Assembly: GCF_004353825.1 (NCBI RefSeq)
Contig: NZ_SMNA01000006.1
Span: 372,001-436,000 of the forward strand
DNA from: Occultella glacieicola
Lineage (GTDB): Bacteria; Actinomycetota; Actinomycetes; Actinomycetales; Beutenbergiaceae
Length of the DNA stretch: 64,000 nucleotides
Direction: 5' to 3'
The notes beneath the pieces were generated by a model. That model made no database searches, was not told the DNA's origin, and was given only the letters and a program-made list of their open reading frames with translations. Shown one piece after another: positions 46,034-54,646 of the stretch (position 1 is its first letter; each line of letters starts with the position of its first letter). Position numbers and translations under genes: made by a program.

Positions 46034-47875
46034 CTACCGGTCGGTGAGGTGGGCGATCTCCTCGAGGATCGCGTCCCGGGCCGGTCCGTCCGGGATGCGC
46101 CGGGCCGCCACCGACGCCAGCTCCTCCCAGTCCTCGTTGTCGAGGGCCGTGAGGACCTGACGCTCGAACCCGGTGGGTAGGTTGACCCCGATGATCCGGG
46201 ACCGCAGGCCTTCGGCCGTCACGCCCACGGTGAACGCGACCTCGTCGGAGGCGGTGCCGCCCTCGCCCTCCGCGGTGGCGGTCAGGACATGGCCACCGAG
46301 GGCGAGCCCACCCGCCTCGATCACGTCGCCGACGGACACGTCGGCGCCGTCGAGCTGGTAGGAGACGGAGGTGGCGTCGGTGCTCGCGGCGGCCACGATG
46401 ATCTGGCCGCCCCGTTCGACCTCGGTGTCGTCCGCGACCGCGACCAGGTCGACCGTGGGCTCGGACGGTTCCGGATCGACGGCGGCGTACTGGGCCTCAC
46501 GCCAGCCGATGTAGGCGCCGGGCCGGTCGGTGACGATGCCGTCGACGCCGAGGTCCGTCAGCTGCTGCCAGGCGTCGGCACCGTTCACGGTGTAGGGCAG
46601 CACCGCGATCCCGGCCTCGTGCAACCGGTCGATGATCTCCGCGGTCAGGCCCCCGTTCGCCGACGGGTTGTACATGGTGGCACCGACCGACTGGGCCACG
46701 GCCACCGGGTCGGCGTCGACGGCCCCCCGGAGCACTCCGCGTGGGATCTCCGGCGCGTAATCGCGTGCGTAGCCCACCGCGGCGAGGTCGAACGACTCGA
46801 TGACCACCCGGTCGGTCAGCCCGGCCTCGCGGATCAGGTCGATCATGTGCTCGACCTCGGCGCGGGTCTCAGGTCCCTTGATCTCCAGCATCAGGGTTCC
46901 CGGGTTGCGCTGCATCAGGTCGAGGATCTGCGCGAAGGTGGGCAACGACGCGGCGAGGGCCGGGTCACGCCACGAGCCGGCGTCCAGGGTCTGCAGGTAG
47001 CTGCTCTGGAGTTGGGCCACGTCGCCGGTGCCGTCCGTGGTCCGGTCGACCGTCTGGTCGTGAAGCACGATCGGCACACCGTCGGCCGTGGTGTGGACGT
47101 CGATCTCGACGTACTCCGCTCCGGATTGCATGGCCGCGGCCTCGGACAACAGCGTGTTCTCCGGCAGGATCTGTGAGTACCCGCGGTGGGCGATGACGAC
47201 CGGCAGTTCCCCGTCGTCGATGATGAAGTCGGCCGGTTCGATCTCGGTGACCAGAATGTCGTCGAAGCTGACGGTCGAGTTGTCAGCGACCAGGCCGAGC
47301 ACGCCGGCCTCGGAGCGCTGGATCTGACCCCGCAGGATGAGTTCACCGTCGAAGTACCACTTGGCTGAACTGCCCTGGACCTCGACGGCGACCCGGACCT
47401 CCTGACCGACGCCGGCGTCGTAGGGGGCGGCCGCGGTGTACGGGACGTTCCAGCCGCCCGCGGCCGTCCGGTTCGCGAACTCGATACCGTTGCCCGCCGA
47501 GCTGGTGGTGCGCATCGCGGCCTGCCACCAGGGCGTCGAACCGTCCGGGGGGATGTCGAGTGCGATCGCCGTCCACCTGGTGGCGTTGGCGACCTCCTCG
47601 AAGCGGACGGTCGCCTCGACCCGGTAGTTGTCCAGGTGGGTGCCGAAGGTGAGCCGGTCGATGCCGCCGGCAGTGACCACGAGACGGCCGTCCTCGACGC
47701 GCCAGTCCCCCTCGACCGGGTTCCAACCCTCCGGGATCTCGCCCGCATCGAAGTTCTCCGACAGGACGACGTCGCCCGGCTCCGCGGACGCCGCCGGGAC
47801 GATGACACAAGCTCCCGCAACGGCGGCGGACAAGGCCGCCAGGCCCGCGATCGCGGGCCGGAAGGTGCTGCTCAT
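46034..47875 (-). CDS. Secreted glycerophosphodiester phosphodiesterase with N-terminal ConA-like (DUF1080-like) and C-terminal Ig-like domains
   Basis: Signal peptide; VIAHRG...PENT, EIDVH.T.DG..IVLHD.TVDRTT, LEIK, YTVN, GVDGIVTD. Confidence 0.88.
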   Translation of the reverse strand: MSSTFRPAIAGLAALSAAVAGACVIVPAASAEPGDVVLSENFDAGEIPEGWNPVEGDWRVEDGRLVVTAGGIDRLTFGTHLDNYRVEATVRFEEVANATRWTAIALDIPPDGSTPWWQAAMRTTSSAGNGIEFANRTAAGGWNVPYTAAAPYDAGVGQEVRVAVEVQGSSAKWYFDGELILRGQIQRSEAGVLGLVADNSTVSFDDILVTEIEPADFIIDDGELPVVIAHRGYSQILPENTLLSEAAAMQSGAEYVEIDVHTTADGVPIVLHDQTVDRTTDGTGDVAQLQSSYLQTLDAGSWRDPALAASLPTFAQILDLMQRNPGTLMLEIKGPETRAEVEHMIDLIREAGLTDRVVIESFDLAAVGYARDYAPEIPRGVLRGAVDADPVAVAQSVGATMYNPSANGGLTAEIIDRLHEAGIAVLPYTVNGADAWQQLTDLGVDGIVTDRPGAYIGWREAQYAAVDPEPSEPTVDLVAVADDTEVERGGQIIVAAASTDATSVSYQLDGADVSVGDVIEAGGLALGGHVLTATAEGEGGTASDEVAFTVGVTAEGLRSRIIGVNLPTGFERQVLTALDNEDWEELASVAARRIPDGPARDAILEEIAHLTDR

Positions 47876-48065
47876 GAGTGCTCCAGTTCACCGGTGACAA
47901 CTGACCTCCCGACCCTATGAAGCCCCGATGTCGAGCGCCCGTCGAGGAGGAGAACACCTGGTGGCCCTTCGCCGTCGCACGCACTCCGCGTCGGGATGCG
48001 CTCGCGCAACAGCCGGGCGATAGTGGTCGGGCGCGCACGACAACACGTTCCAGGAGGCGACGAGC

Positions 48066-48572
48066 ATGACGAACGATTCGGCCCAGGACCCGGTCGAGGA
48101 GCCCGGCACGACCCACGCGGCGCCCGGTTCGGGGCACCCCGAACTGATGGTCTCGCGGGCCGGGGCCGCCATGCCGGGTGAAGTTCCACTCCGGTTCCCG
48201 CTGGACAAGGACGAGGTCACCGTCGGGTCCGGGCCGGACCAGGACATCCGGCTCGACGGGCTCGAGCCGCATCACCTGACCGTCTATCACGACGAGCGCG
48301 ACGAGTATCGCGTGCGCCCCTACGGCCAGGTCGAGGGCGGTTCCGTGACCGAGCCGGCGCACCGAGTCCTGCGCACGGGTGCCCGGGTCGCGATCGGACC
48401 ATGGGAGGTCACCTTCCAGCGAGCCGAGTACGCCGACCACGGGCGTCCGTTCGGCGGACGCGAGGGGGGCGAACTCTCGGACAACCTCACCCAGCCCCCG
48501 CGGCCCGCCGACCGCGACGATGCCGTGGAGCCTGTGGGCCGCGAAGGGGTTCAGGAACAGCAGAACGACTGA
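48066..48572 (+). CDS. FHA-like domain protein (degenerate)
   Basis: AGGAGG RBS; FPL....TVGS...DIRL.GL...H; LRTGARVAIG; acidic tail. Confidence 0.7.
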   Translation: MTNDSAQDPVEEPGTTHAAPGSGHPELMVSRAGAAMPGEVPLRFPLDKDEVTVGSGPDQDIRLDGLEPHHLTVYHDERDEYRVRPYGQVEGGSVTEPAHRVLRTGARVAIGPWEVTFQRAEYADHGRPFGGREGGELSDNLTQPPRPADRDDAVEPVGREGVQEQQND

Positions 48573-48613
48573 CCCGGTCGCGTGAGGCAGGTGCTGCCGC
48601 AAGGAGGAGGCCC

Positions 48614-49933
48614 ATGACGGAGCCAACGGACACGGCCGACCCCAAGACCCGGCTACGACGGGGCATCGGTGGTGGGCTCCTCTTCGCCTTCATCCTCGGG
48701 GACGTGCTCGGCGCGGGCGTCTACGCACTGACCGGCGAACTGGCTGCCGACGCCGGCGGGCTGATGTGGGTGCCGATCGTGATCGCGATGGGCATGGCGC
48801 TGCTGACGGCGGGCTCGTACGCGGAACTGGTGACCAAGTATCCGCGCGCCGGCGGATCGGCGATCTTCGCCCAGCGGGCCTTCGGTCGGCCGCTCGTCTC
48901 GTTCCTGGTCGGGTACTGCATGCTCTGTGCGGGCGTGGTCAGCGTCGCCGGTCTGGCGATCGCCTTCAGCGGCGACTACCTGGGCACGTTCCTCACGGTC
49001 CCGGTACCCGTCGCGGCGCCGATCTTCCTGTTCCTGCTGGCGTTGCTGAACCTGCGGGGCATCAAGGAGTCGGTGACCTCGAATCTGGTCATGACGATCG
49101 TCGAGGTCAGCGGCCTGGTGCTGGTCATCGCGCTGGTCGGCGCAGCCCTCGGTGCCGGCCGTGGCGACGTCGGCCGGATCCTCGAACCGCCGCCCGGACC
49201 GGGGGCTGCCTTCGCCGTCCTCGGGGCCGCGCTGCTCGCGTTCTACAGTTTCGTCGGGTTCGAGACCTCCGCCAACGTCGCCGAGGAGGTACGCGACGTC
49301 CGCCGTGTGTACCCGCGGGCGCTGTTCGGTGCTCTGATCGTGGCCGGGATCGTCTACGTCCTGATCGCGCTCGCCTCGGCGGCGATGCTGCCGCCGCAGG
49401 AACTGGCCGGTTCGAGCGGACCCCTGCTGCAGGTGGTGACTGCGACCGGCTACTCGGTCCCGGACTGGCTGTTCAGTCTGGTCGCCCTCATCGCCGTCGC
49501 GAACGGGGCGCTGCTCACCTCGATCATGAGTTCGCGCCTCGCGTACGGGATGGCGGAGGAGGGGCTGCTGCCGAGCCCGCTCGCGCGTCTCCTGCCGAAG
49601 CGGCGCACCCCGTGGGTGGCGATCCTGGTGACCGCAGCTCTGTCGGCGCTCCTGGCGGCCGTGGGCACGCTCGAACTGTTGGCCGAGACCGTCGTCCTGT
49701 TCCTGTTGTTCGTCTTCATATCGACGAACCTGGCCGTGTTGGTCCTGCGCGGCGACGACCCCGGGCCGCACTTCCGGGTTCCCACTGCCGTGCCCGTCCT
49801 CGCCCTGCTGAGCTGTGCGGTGCTGCTGATCCAGCAGACCTGGCAGGTATGGGCGCTCGGCGGCGTCCTTCTCCTGCTCGGCGTCGTCCTGTACGCACTC
49901 CACCGCCGGTTCGGCACCAGCGACTCACCCTGA
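48614..49933 (+). CDS. APC-family amino acid permease
   Basis: GDVLGAGVY, SYAEL...PRAGG, FYSFVGFE, SRLAYGMA; 12 TM. Confidence 0.92.
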   Translation: MTEPTDTADPKTRLRRGIGGGLLFAFILGDVLGAGVYALTGELAADAGGLMWVPIVIAMGMALLTAGSYAELVTKYPRAGGSAIFAQRAFGRPLVSFLVGYCMLCAGVVSVAGLAIAFSGDYLGTFLTVPVPVAAPIFLFLLALLNLRGIKESVTSNLVMTIVEVSGLVLVIALVGAALGAGRGDVGRILEPPPGPGAAFAVLGAALLAFYSFVGFETSANVAEEVRDVRRVYPRALFGALIVAGIVYVLIALASAAMLPPQELAGSSGPLLQVVTATGYSVPDWLFSLVALIAVANGALLTSIMSSRLAYGMAEEGLLPSPLARLLPKRRTPWVAILVTAALSALLAAVGTLELLAETVVLFLLFVFISTNLAVLVLRGDDPGPHFRVPTAVPVLALLSCAVLLIQQTWQVWALGGVLLLLGVVLYALHRRFGTSDSP

Positions 49934-49995
49934 ACCGGTGCACGCCCCCGCGCACCCGGTGGCGGGCGCCAGGAAGCGGTGGGATCGTGGCCGGT

Positions 49996-50148
49996 ATGGA
50001 CAACAAGGAGCCGAGGACGCCCTCCGAGCAGCCGTACGACCCGGCTCGGGACCCGGACGCCGATCCCGAGGAGCTGGAGTCCCGTCGGCTCGCCCGTCAG
50101 CCCGACCAGGCCGAGGGCGCGGACGATCCCGCGGAGGATGGGGAGTAA
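49996..50148 (+). CDS. Small acidic hypothetical protein (50 aa)
   Basis: MDNKEPRTPSEQPYDPARDPDADPEELESRRLARQPDQAEGADDPAEDGE; GC3-rich codons; ends 5 nt before the next gene. Confidence 0.55.
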   Translation: MDNKEPRTPSEQPYDPARDPDADPEELESRRLARQPDQAEGADDPAEDGE

Positions 50149-50153
50149 GCATC

Positions 50154-50387
50154 ATGGCGATCTGTGACACCTGCGGCAATGACTACGACAAGCCCCTGAC
50201 CGTGGCCCGCGGCGACGTGCGCGGCACGTTCGACAGTTTCGAGTGCGCCATCCACGCGCTCGCGCCGGCGTGCGCCCATTGCGGCTGCCGGGTCCTGGGC
50301 CACGGCGTCGAGAACGACCAGGGCATCTACTGCTGCGCCAACTGCGCCCGGATGGCCGGCGAGGTCGCCCTCGCCGACCGCGCCTGA
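50154..50387 (+). CDS. Prokaryotic metallothionein-like Cys-rich protein (77 aa)
   Basis: CDTCGNDYDK, FDSFECAIH, CAHCGC, CCANC; 9 Cys. Confidence 0.8.
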   Translation: MAICDTCGNDYDKPLTVARGDVRGTFDSFECAIHALAPACAHCGCRVLGHGVENDQGIYCCANCARMAGEVALADRA

Positions 50388-50447
50388 CCCCTCCACGGTC
50401 GTTCGGGACGCGGCACTACGCTGCGCGCGGCCGCGGTCGACGCCCGC

Positions 50448-50996
50448 TCAGACGGTCTGGCCGCTGTGCTCTCCCTCGGCCAGTTCCTCGACGACCTTGG
50501 CGTTGAAGGCGGGCAGATCGTCCGGGGTGCGGCTGCTGACCAGGCCGGCGTCGACCACGACCTCCTCGTCGACCCAGTGCGCCCCGGCATTGACGAGATC
50601 CGTGCGCAGGCTGGGATAGGACGTCACCGTGCGGCCCTTGAGCACGTCGGCGTCGGTGAGGATCCAGCCGCCGTGGCAGATCACGCCCACCGGCTTGTGC
50701 TGGGCGAAGAAGTCACGGACGAACGACACCGACGCGGCGTCCATGCGCAGGTGGTCGCCGTTGACGACCCCTCCGGGCAGAACCAGCCCGTCGAAGTCAG
50801 CAGCCGACGCATCGGCCGAGCGGACATCCACGGCTGCCTCGTGGCCGTTCTTGCCCGTGATCGAGCCGGTCTCCGGCGAGACGAGACTCGCCGTGGCACC
50901 GGAGTCGGTGACCGCCTGCCACGGACTCGTCAGCTCGCTGTCCTCGAAGCCGTTCGTCGCCAGGAAGGCGACCTTCCGTCCGGCAATATCAGACAT
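50448..50996 (-). CDS. pfpI: PfpI/DJ-1 family (type 1 glutamine amidotransferase-like) protein
   Basis: GFEDSEL, LPGGVVN.D.LR, ICHG, SSRTPDDL.AF. Confidence 0.9.
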   Translation of the reverse strand: MSDIAGRKVAFLATNGFEDSELTSPWQAVTDSGATASLVSPETGSITGKNGHEAAVDVRSADASAADFDGLVLPGGVVNGDHLRMDAASVSFVRDFFAQHKPVGVICHGGWILTDADVLKGRTVTSYPSLRTDLVNAGAHWVDEEVVVDAGLVSSRTPDDLPAFNAKVVEELAEGEHSGQTV

Positions 50997-51100
50997 GACA
51001 TCTCCTCAGTTCGTCGGTCCGTCCCACGCTAAGTGCGCGGTGACCATTGCGCGACAGGTGCTCGGTCGGGTGGGCGGCGGATGCACGATCGGTGGCGTGG

Positions 51101-51116
51101 TGTAATCTGGGTCACA
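51101..51116. promoter_or_regulatory. CRP/GlxR-type binding site
   Basis: TGTAA-TCTGGG-TCACA, 9/10 match to TGTGA-N6-TCACA, in a divergent gap. Confidence 0.6.
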
Positions 51117-51209
51117 CCGTTCGGGCGTCGCGCAGTCGCGCCGCCGTGACGGGCCTGCCAGCCACCTGTTGCTCCTGCCCCCGGCAACTCCACGAGTCCG
51201 GGGAGTGCC

Positions 51210-51659
51210 ATGAGTAGAGGCCAAGGGCCGCGCGTCCGGACGCGACCGAAGCCCGCCACGGAGCCGCCTCACGACGCCGACCAGGATGCGGAGTTCCTGA
51301 ACGGTGTGATCTGCATCGACATCCGCATGCGCGATGAGACCGATGATGAGCGCGCCGCCGCCCTGACGACCGTCACCGAGGACGTCGCCGCCTTCTTCCG
51401 CGAGTACGTCCCGGACCTGCAGGTCGTGTGCCGTTCCGGCTCCGTGACCCTGACCTGCGCCGGGTCGCTCGCCGAGGTGATGGCCGTCGCTGACACCGTC
51501 CGCTGGCACCTGGGCTGCCTGGCACGGTGGGAGGGCGCCACCGCCTTCAACGCCCAGGTCGGCGTGGCCGTCGGCGCGATGGACGCGATCGCCTCGGAAC
51601 TGTCCAGCAGGGCCGAGGCGGCGGCGGCTTGTCCGATGTGGCGCAGGAGGATCCGGTGA
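51210..51659 (+). CDS. Degenerate GGDEF-like (nucleotide cyclase fold) protein
   Basis: GGGAG RBS; GVICIDI...helix...VVCRSGSVTL...AVADTVRWHL...AQVGVA...ELSSRAEAA follows GGDEF motif order without GGDEF. Confidence 0.5.
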   Translation: MSRGQGPRVRTRPKPATEPPHDADQDAEFLNGVICIDIRMRDETDDERAAALTTVTEDVAAFFREYVPDLQVVCRSGSVTLTCAGSLAEVMAVADTVRWHLGCLARWEGATAFNAQVGVAVGAMDAIASELSSRAEAAAACPMWRRRIR

Positions 51660-51991
51660 ACGGCACGAGCCGAAGGGGGACGCCATGGACGCCCGCTGAG
51701 GAGGAGAACCACGCCTACCTGCAGATGCAGGACGTTCCGGACGGCGCCGGTGTCAGCATCTGCGGCCCGCTGTCGCTGCGCACCACCGAGTTGTTGTTCG
51801 AGATCGTCGACCACGAGGACCCGCGGACGAGCCTGACGATCGATCTGAGCCAGACGACGTTCCCGGACGGGCGGGCGGTGCGGCGCCTGGTGGACGAGGT
51901 GGAGCGACGCCGTCGCCATGGTCTGCACATCCGGGTGAAGGGGTCCAGCGTCAGGCTGCTCGGCCTCCATCGCCTCGACGGCGAACCGTAG
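51656..51991 (+). CDS. STAS-like protein
   Basis: VSICGPL, LTIDLSQTTFPDGRAV, VRLLGL; GTGA coupling. Confidence 0.65.
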   Translation: MNGTSRRGTPWTPAEEENHAYLQMQDVPDGAGVSICGPLSLRTTELLFEIVDHEDPRTSLTIDLSQTTFPDGRAVRRLVDEVERRRRHGLHIRVKGSSVRLLGLHRLDGEP

Positions 51992-52095
51992 TGGCACCCA
52001 CTCCTGGCGCCCTGTCACCACCGAGGTGAGCTCACGGGCCACAACGCGCCGGGCGCGGTGCGGGTACGATCACGGCACACCTCGAGGAGGGGGCC

Positions 52096-52821
52096 ATGGG
52101 GGCCGGAGCGGACGGGAACGGGCAGGCGCTGCTCGAGCACGGAACGGTCGCACCCGTCGGCGCGCCGACCTGGGTGCCGCAATCGGGGCCATGGGGTCTG
52201 GGGCTGCGGCTGGCGCTGGCGCTCATGCTGGTCGTGGGTGTGGTCCAGATGGTGTTGCAGCCGGTGGATGGGACGGTCGAGGAGTTGCTCGACGACCTCC
52301 ACGCCGGGCGGGTGTCCGAACTGACGATCCAGCGGCTTCCGGACGGCATGGAGGTCTCCGGCGGCTATCGGGTGGAGTGGTCCGGTGACCGGGCACGCAG
52401 GGTGGCGACCTACGAGCTCAACACCTCGCCCGACGGACCCGAGGTCGACGAGGGCGCCACCATCCTCGCCGCCGCCGAGGACTCGCCCGAGCCCGTGACG
52501 GTCACCGTCACCCGGGACTGGGAGGCACCGGGGCTCCACGCCAACTTGACGGTGCTGGCGGCCATGTTCGCGCTGTTCGTGCTCGTCTTGGGCCCGCAGC
52601 CCAGGCTCGCCACGAAGTGGGCCTGGTTCTGGCTCACCTGCGCGGCCGCACCGATCTGGCTCCTCTACCTGATCCTCGAGCCGGTCCCCTTATGGTCCCG
52701 GGGCCCGGCGACGGCCAGGGCCAGCCGGCTCACCGGCGGGACCGCGTTCATCCTCGCCATCCTCCTGGTCCCCCTGGTCCTCTCGCTGATCCCCGGGGCC
52801 TCACGGTTCTACGGTTGGTGA
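52096..52821 (+). CDS. Hypothetical membrane protein
   Basis: GAGGAG RBS; one N-terminal TM, soluble loop, three C-terminal TMs with GPQPRLATKWAWFW. Confidence 0.75.
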   Translation: MGAGADGNGQALLEHGTVAPVGAPTWVPQSGPWGLGLRLALALMLVVGVVQMVLQPVDGTVEELLDDLHAGRVSELTIQRLPDGMEVSGGYRVEWSGDRARRVATYELNTSPDGPEVDEGATILAAAEDSPEPVTVTVTRDWEAPGLHANLTVLAAMFALFVLVLGPQPRLATKWAWFWLTCAAAPIWLLYLILEPVPLWSRGPATARASRLTGGTAFILAILLVPLVLSLIPGASRFYGW

Positions 52822-52848
52822 CTGCCACGGGTCGACCCGCTCGCACCC

Positions 52849-52879
52849 TTGACCCTCACACTGTGACAAGGTCTTTCAT
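52849..52879 (+). promoter_or_regulatory. MerR-type promoter (19-bp spacer with dyad)
   Basis: TTGACC-N19-TTTCAT; dyad GACC-C-TCACA-C-TGTGA-CAA-GGTC across the spacer. Confidence 0.8.
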
Positions 52880-52899
52880 GGAGTGCGGAGGTGGTCCCC

Positions 52900-53571
52900 A
52901 TGACCCACACGCGTCACCACGACGCTCGATCACAGTTGTCGAACGCGCTGCGGTCCCCCGACCCGTCGGCTCGCCTGCGGGCGGCACTGTCCGCCGGCAC
53001 GCGCCCACGCGAGGAGTACGTCGAGGTGCTGGTGCAGCGGTGCGCGGTGGAGCCGGACTTCTTCGTGCGGGACATGCTCACCTGGGCGCTGACCCGGCAC
53101 GACCCACCGTCCATCCTGGACCGGGTGCTCGCCGAGCTGACGTCCGAGGTCCCGCAGGCGCGAAGCCAGGCGCTGCACACGTTGTCGAAGTTCGGTGACC
53201 GGCGGGCCTGGCCTGCGATCACGGACGACCTGCTTCGCGACGACGACCCGGAGGTCGCCCGCGCGGCGTGGCGGACCGCGGTGGCGCTCGTCCCCGACGG
53301 CGCCGTCGCCGACCTCGCCCAGGTCCTGGCGACTCAGTTCGACCGTGGTGACCGCGAGGTGCGCAGAAGCCTCAGCCGGGCGTTCGTGGACCTCGGGGAC
53401 CCGGGCCACGCCGTCGTCCGGGCGGCGACGACCCACCCGGACGCCGGGGTGCGCCGGCACGCGATGGCGACCGACCGGCTCATCCGCAACCCCGACGAGG
53501 GGTTCGAGGCGGCCGTCGACGAGGCGAACCGCGTCCTCGCGGTCCTCGGGGCGCCCGTGGTGGGAGGGTGA
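52900..53571 (+). CDS. HEAT-repeat protein
   Basis: GGAGG RBS; repeats DPSARLRAALSAG, DFFVRDMLTWAL, PQARSQALHTL, DPEVARAA, DREVRRSL. Confidence 0.85.
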   Translation: MTHTRHHDARSQLSNALRSPDPSARLRAALSAGTRPREEYVEVLVQRCAVEPDFFVRDMLTWALTRHDPPSILDRVLAELTSEVPQARSQALHTLSKFGDRRAWPAITDDLLRDDDPEVARAAWRTAVALVPDGAVADLAQVLATQFDRGDREVRRSLSRAFVDLGDPGHAVVRAATTHPDAGVRRHAMATDRLIRNPDEGFEAAVDEANRVLAVLGAPVVGG

Positions 53572-53575
53572 GCGG

Positions 53576-54571
53576 ATGCTGATCGGTGAGGTCTCCCAGC
53601 GATCCGGGATCAGTGCCCGGATGCTGCGGCACTACGACGCCATAGGGCTCGTGCGCCCCACCGCCCGCACGGCAGGCGGGTACCGGCAGTACTCCCCCGA
53701 CGACGTCCGGCGACTCCTCCACGTGGAGGGGCTCCGGGCACTCGGGCTCAGCCTCCAGGAGATCACCGACGCGCTCGAGGACCTCTCGTTCAGCCCGACC
53801 GACCTGGTCGACCAACTCCTCGAGCGCACCCGGGAGCGGCTCGCACACCAGCAGGAACTGCTCCGCCGGCTCGGGCAGGTGCGCGCGGCCGGCCCTGCGG
53901 ACTGGTCGGACGTGCTGCGCACCGTCGGGCTTATCCGCGCGCTCGACGCGGGCAGTTCCACGCGTCAGCGCGTCGCGCTGTCGATGCCCGACGGCGGAGG
54001 GTCGGGAGATGCCGTCGTCCTCGCCGAGGCAGTACTCACCGAGGCGGAACCGAACGCTGCCGGCGCGCTCCAGTGGGCGCTCGCCCGCACCGGGGATGCC
54101 ACGACCGGCGTGCTCGCCGCTGCCCTGGACTCCCCCGACCCCGACCGCCGCCGGCGCGCGGCCGTGGCGCTGGCGAAGCTCGACTCGCCGGACGCCGGCG
54201 CGGTCCTGGCCGGCGCCCTCGAGCACGCCGACCCACAGGTGCGGGCATGCGCGACGATTGCGCGCGGGCGCCACGGGGACCTCGATGCCGTCCCCGGGCT
54301 CGTGTCGATGGTCGTCGAGGGACGCGAGGACGTGGACGCCGCGAGCGTACTCGGCGCCCTCGCGACCGGCGATGACCGCGCCGAGGAGATCGCCGGGGCG
54401 CTCGCCGCAGCCCTGGCCGGCGCCGGCGCCGGGGCGAGGCAGCGGATCGCCACCGCACTCGCGGACATCCCCGGACCGGCGGCGCCGGCCGCCCTGACCA
54501 CCCTGCTCGACGACCCCGACCGGGCGGTCGCCCTCACGGCGCGCTCCGTACTGCGCACACGATCCTCCTGA
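53576..54571 (+). CDS. MerR-family regulator with C-terminal HEAT repeats
   Basis: MLIGEVS..SGISARMLRHYD.IGLV.P..R..GGYRQY; DPDRRRRAAVAL, DPQVRACA, DRAVALTA. Confidence 0.9.
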   Translation: MLIGEVSQRSGISARMLRHYDAIGLVRPTARTAGGYRQYSPDDVRRLLHVEGLRALGLSLQEITDALEDLSFSPTDLVDQLLERTRERLAHQQELLRRLGQVRAAGPADWSDVLRTVGLIRALDAGSSTRQRVALSMPDGGGSGDAVVLAEAVLTEAEPNAAGALQWALARTGDATTGVLAAALDSPDPDRRRRAAVALAKLDSPDAGAVLAGALEHADPQVRACATIARGRHGDLDAVPGLVSMVVEGREDVDAASVLGALATGDDRAEEIAGALAAALAGAGAGARQRIATALADIPGPAAPAALTTLLDDPDRAVALTARSVLRTRSS

Positions 54572-54594
54572 GGCGACCCTGCGCCGTCGGGCCT

Positions 54595-54610
54595 GGCAAA
54601 GCGCTTTCAC
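54595..54610. promoter_or_regulatory. LacI-type operator
   Basis: Palindrome AAAGCGCTTT (54598-54607) upstream of the LacI gene. Confidence 0.65.
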
Positions 54611-54646
54611 AGCGTGAGCCACCACGGCGACCGCCGACGCACTACG

